Source of the DNA: Owenia fusiformis
Lineage: Eukaryota
NCBI GenBank assembly: GCA_903813345.2
Contig: CAIIXF020000001.1
Location: 35,154,001 to 35,218,000, forward strand
DNA: 64,000 bases
Direction: 5' to 3'
The notes beneath the pieces were generated by a model, which was not told the DNA's origin, did not search any database, and saw nothing but the letters and a program-made list of their open reading frames with translations. The position numbers were made by a program, and so were the translations under genes. Position 1 is the first letter of the stretch. Every line of letters begins with the position of its first letter. Of this stretch, positions 62,756 through 64,000 are shown one piece after another.

Positions 62756-64000
62756 GATTCAGGAACTGCTCCTTGTATGAGAACACCCCCAGTATACAAC
62801 TGAGAGTAAAAAGTTATTTGACATCATCAGATAAATGGTCTATTGAACAGGAATGAACAAGCACTTTTAGTACATGCATTATTTTGATGAGCTTATAATG
62901 CGTGAAAATATATCTGAAAAATGAGTATTAAGATCATGGTGTGGCTTGATATGATATTGTTATTCCACCTGCTGTTTCATTACTAATCATAACCTTAATA
63001 GTTATTAAACCAGAAGTATGATAAATACATGCAATTAATCTCAATGAAGGAAATTGATATCTGCACTTGCAGTACCATTTGTGTAGAGTTATGAGCTATG
63101 GTAATCCTCACTTGTCTGGATGTCCATGTTTAACAACATTATTAAGATTACACTATGTTTTAGAACATTGGCTGCGTCAATATTGAGAAAATAATATGTT
63201 TCACATAATATGCATTACCTATATTTGATGATCTTAAATTCTTAACTTTTGTATGGCATTAACAAAATTTGTTTCTGTTTATTTATTTCTGATATCTACG
63301 AGTATATATGCTACACTTTTAATTGGTTCCTAATTTTTTTTAAACATGCTGAAGCCTATCGCCTTCATAACTTTTAATAGAACATGGGTATGTCATATTT
63401 TTAAAACCACATATCTGTTCTTATTTTGACAAATTGAGAAATATTTGTATTTTGTATCAAAAAGAACTGCATGAAACAAATTGCCTGAACCTATGTCCTG
63501 TTATCAGGTTTGTGCAAGGCTTGGCTGGAAATTAATATTATATATGCTTTAAATGTTATTAATTCATATACAAGGAGGAATATTCATATCAGATACCCTG
63601 AGGAATTCAGATTGTTATAAATGATCTCCGGAATATATACTGACAGTTTGGTCGTAAAAATGTTATTATTGTGGAAGTAGATCAGATACAGATATGGAAA
63701 GAGCATTTCAATGCTGGAAATGTGGACTGGATGTAATACATGTTATATTTACAACTGGCTGGTATAACAAGGAAGGGAAATTATTGTTATAATCACCCTG
63801 ACAACAAGCATTGTTTTAATAGATACATTGGGATAAATATAAATATGACTTGATGCATTAATATAGAATCATATCACAAGAATTTACAGATAAACTATTG
63901 CAGAAACCTAAAATGATTTCTGAAACTTTTATATGATGTAAGCTGAAAGAACAGTTCTCAAAATGGATATAAACTAATAAAACATTAAAGGCTACCTGTT

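Noticed and set aside
63580..63780. Faint Merlin/IS1595-like 'IVEVD' peptide
   Set aside because: Too short, surrounded by stops, with no TIR or other catalytic motifs.

Overview
AT-rich, intron-rich animal DNA. The repeat content suggests an invertebrate, probably a mollusc or other lophotrochozoan (inference only). The left 23.6 kb carries most of RFC1 (replication factor C subunit 1) on the minus strand. I reconstructed 18 GT-AG exons with mutually consistent phases, plus a probable ATG-only first exon at 23632-23634, about 1117 codons in total. They include BRCT, AAA+ Walker A/B and part of the C-terminal domain; the remaining exons must lie left of the window. Plus-strand exons of a Dpr/zig-like Ig-domain gene with a duplicated mucin-like stalk exon (35-1990) sit inside that RFC1 intron. 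A divergent plus-strand gene probably starts near 23.85 kb, but only one convincing coding exon (36021-36177) was found. The rest is mostly non-autonomous transposons: at least 8 Helentron/DINE-like elements with internal tandem arrays, Crypton-like (tyrosine recombinase) derivatives with long hairpins, a palindromic DD37D/maT relic, hAT/Harbinger/Tc1/Kolobok-like MITEs, two LINE 3' fragments and minisatellites. No rRNA, intact tRNA or CRISPR was found. All family assignments come from motif recognition; no database searches were run.
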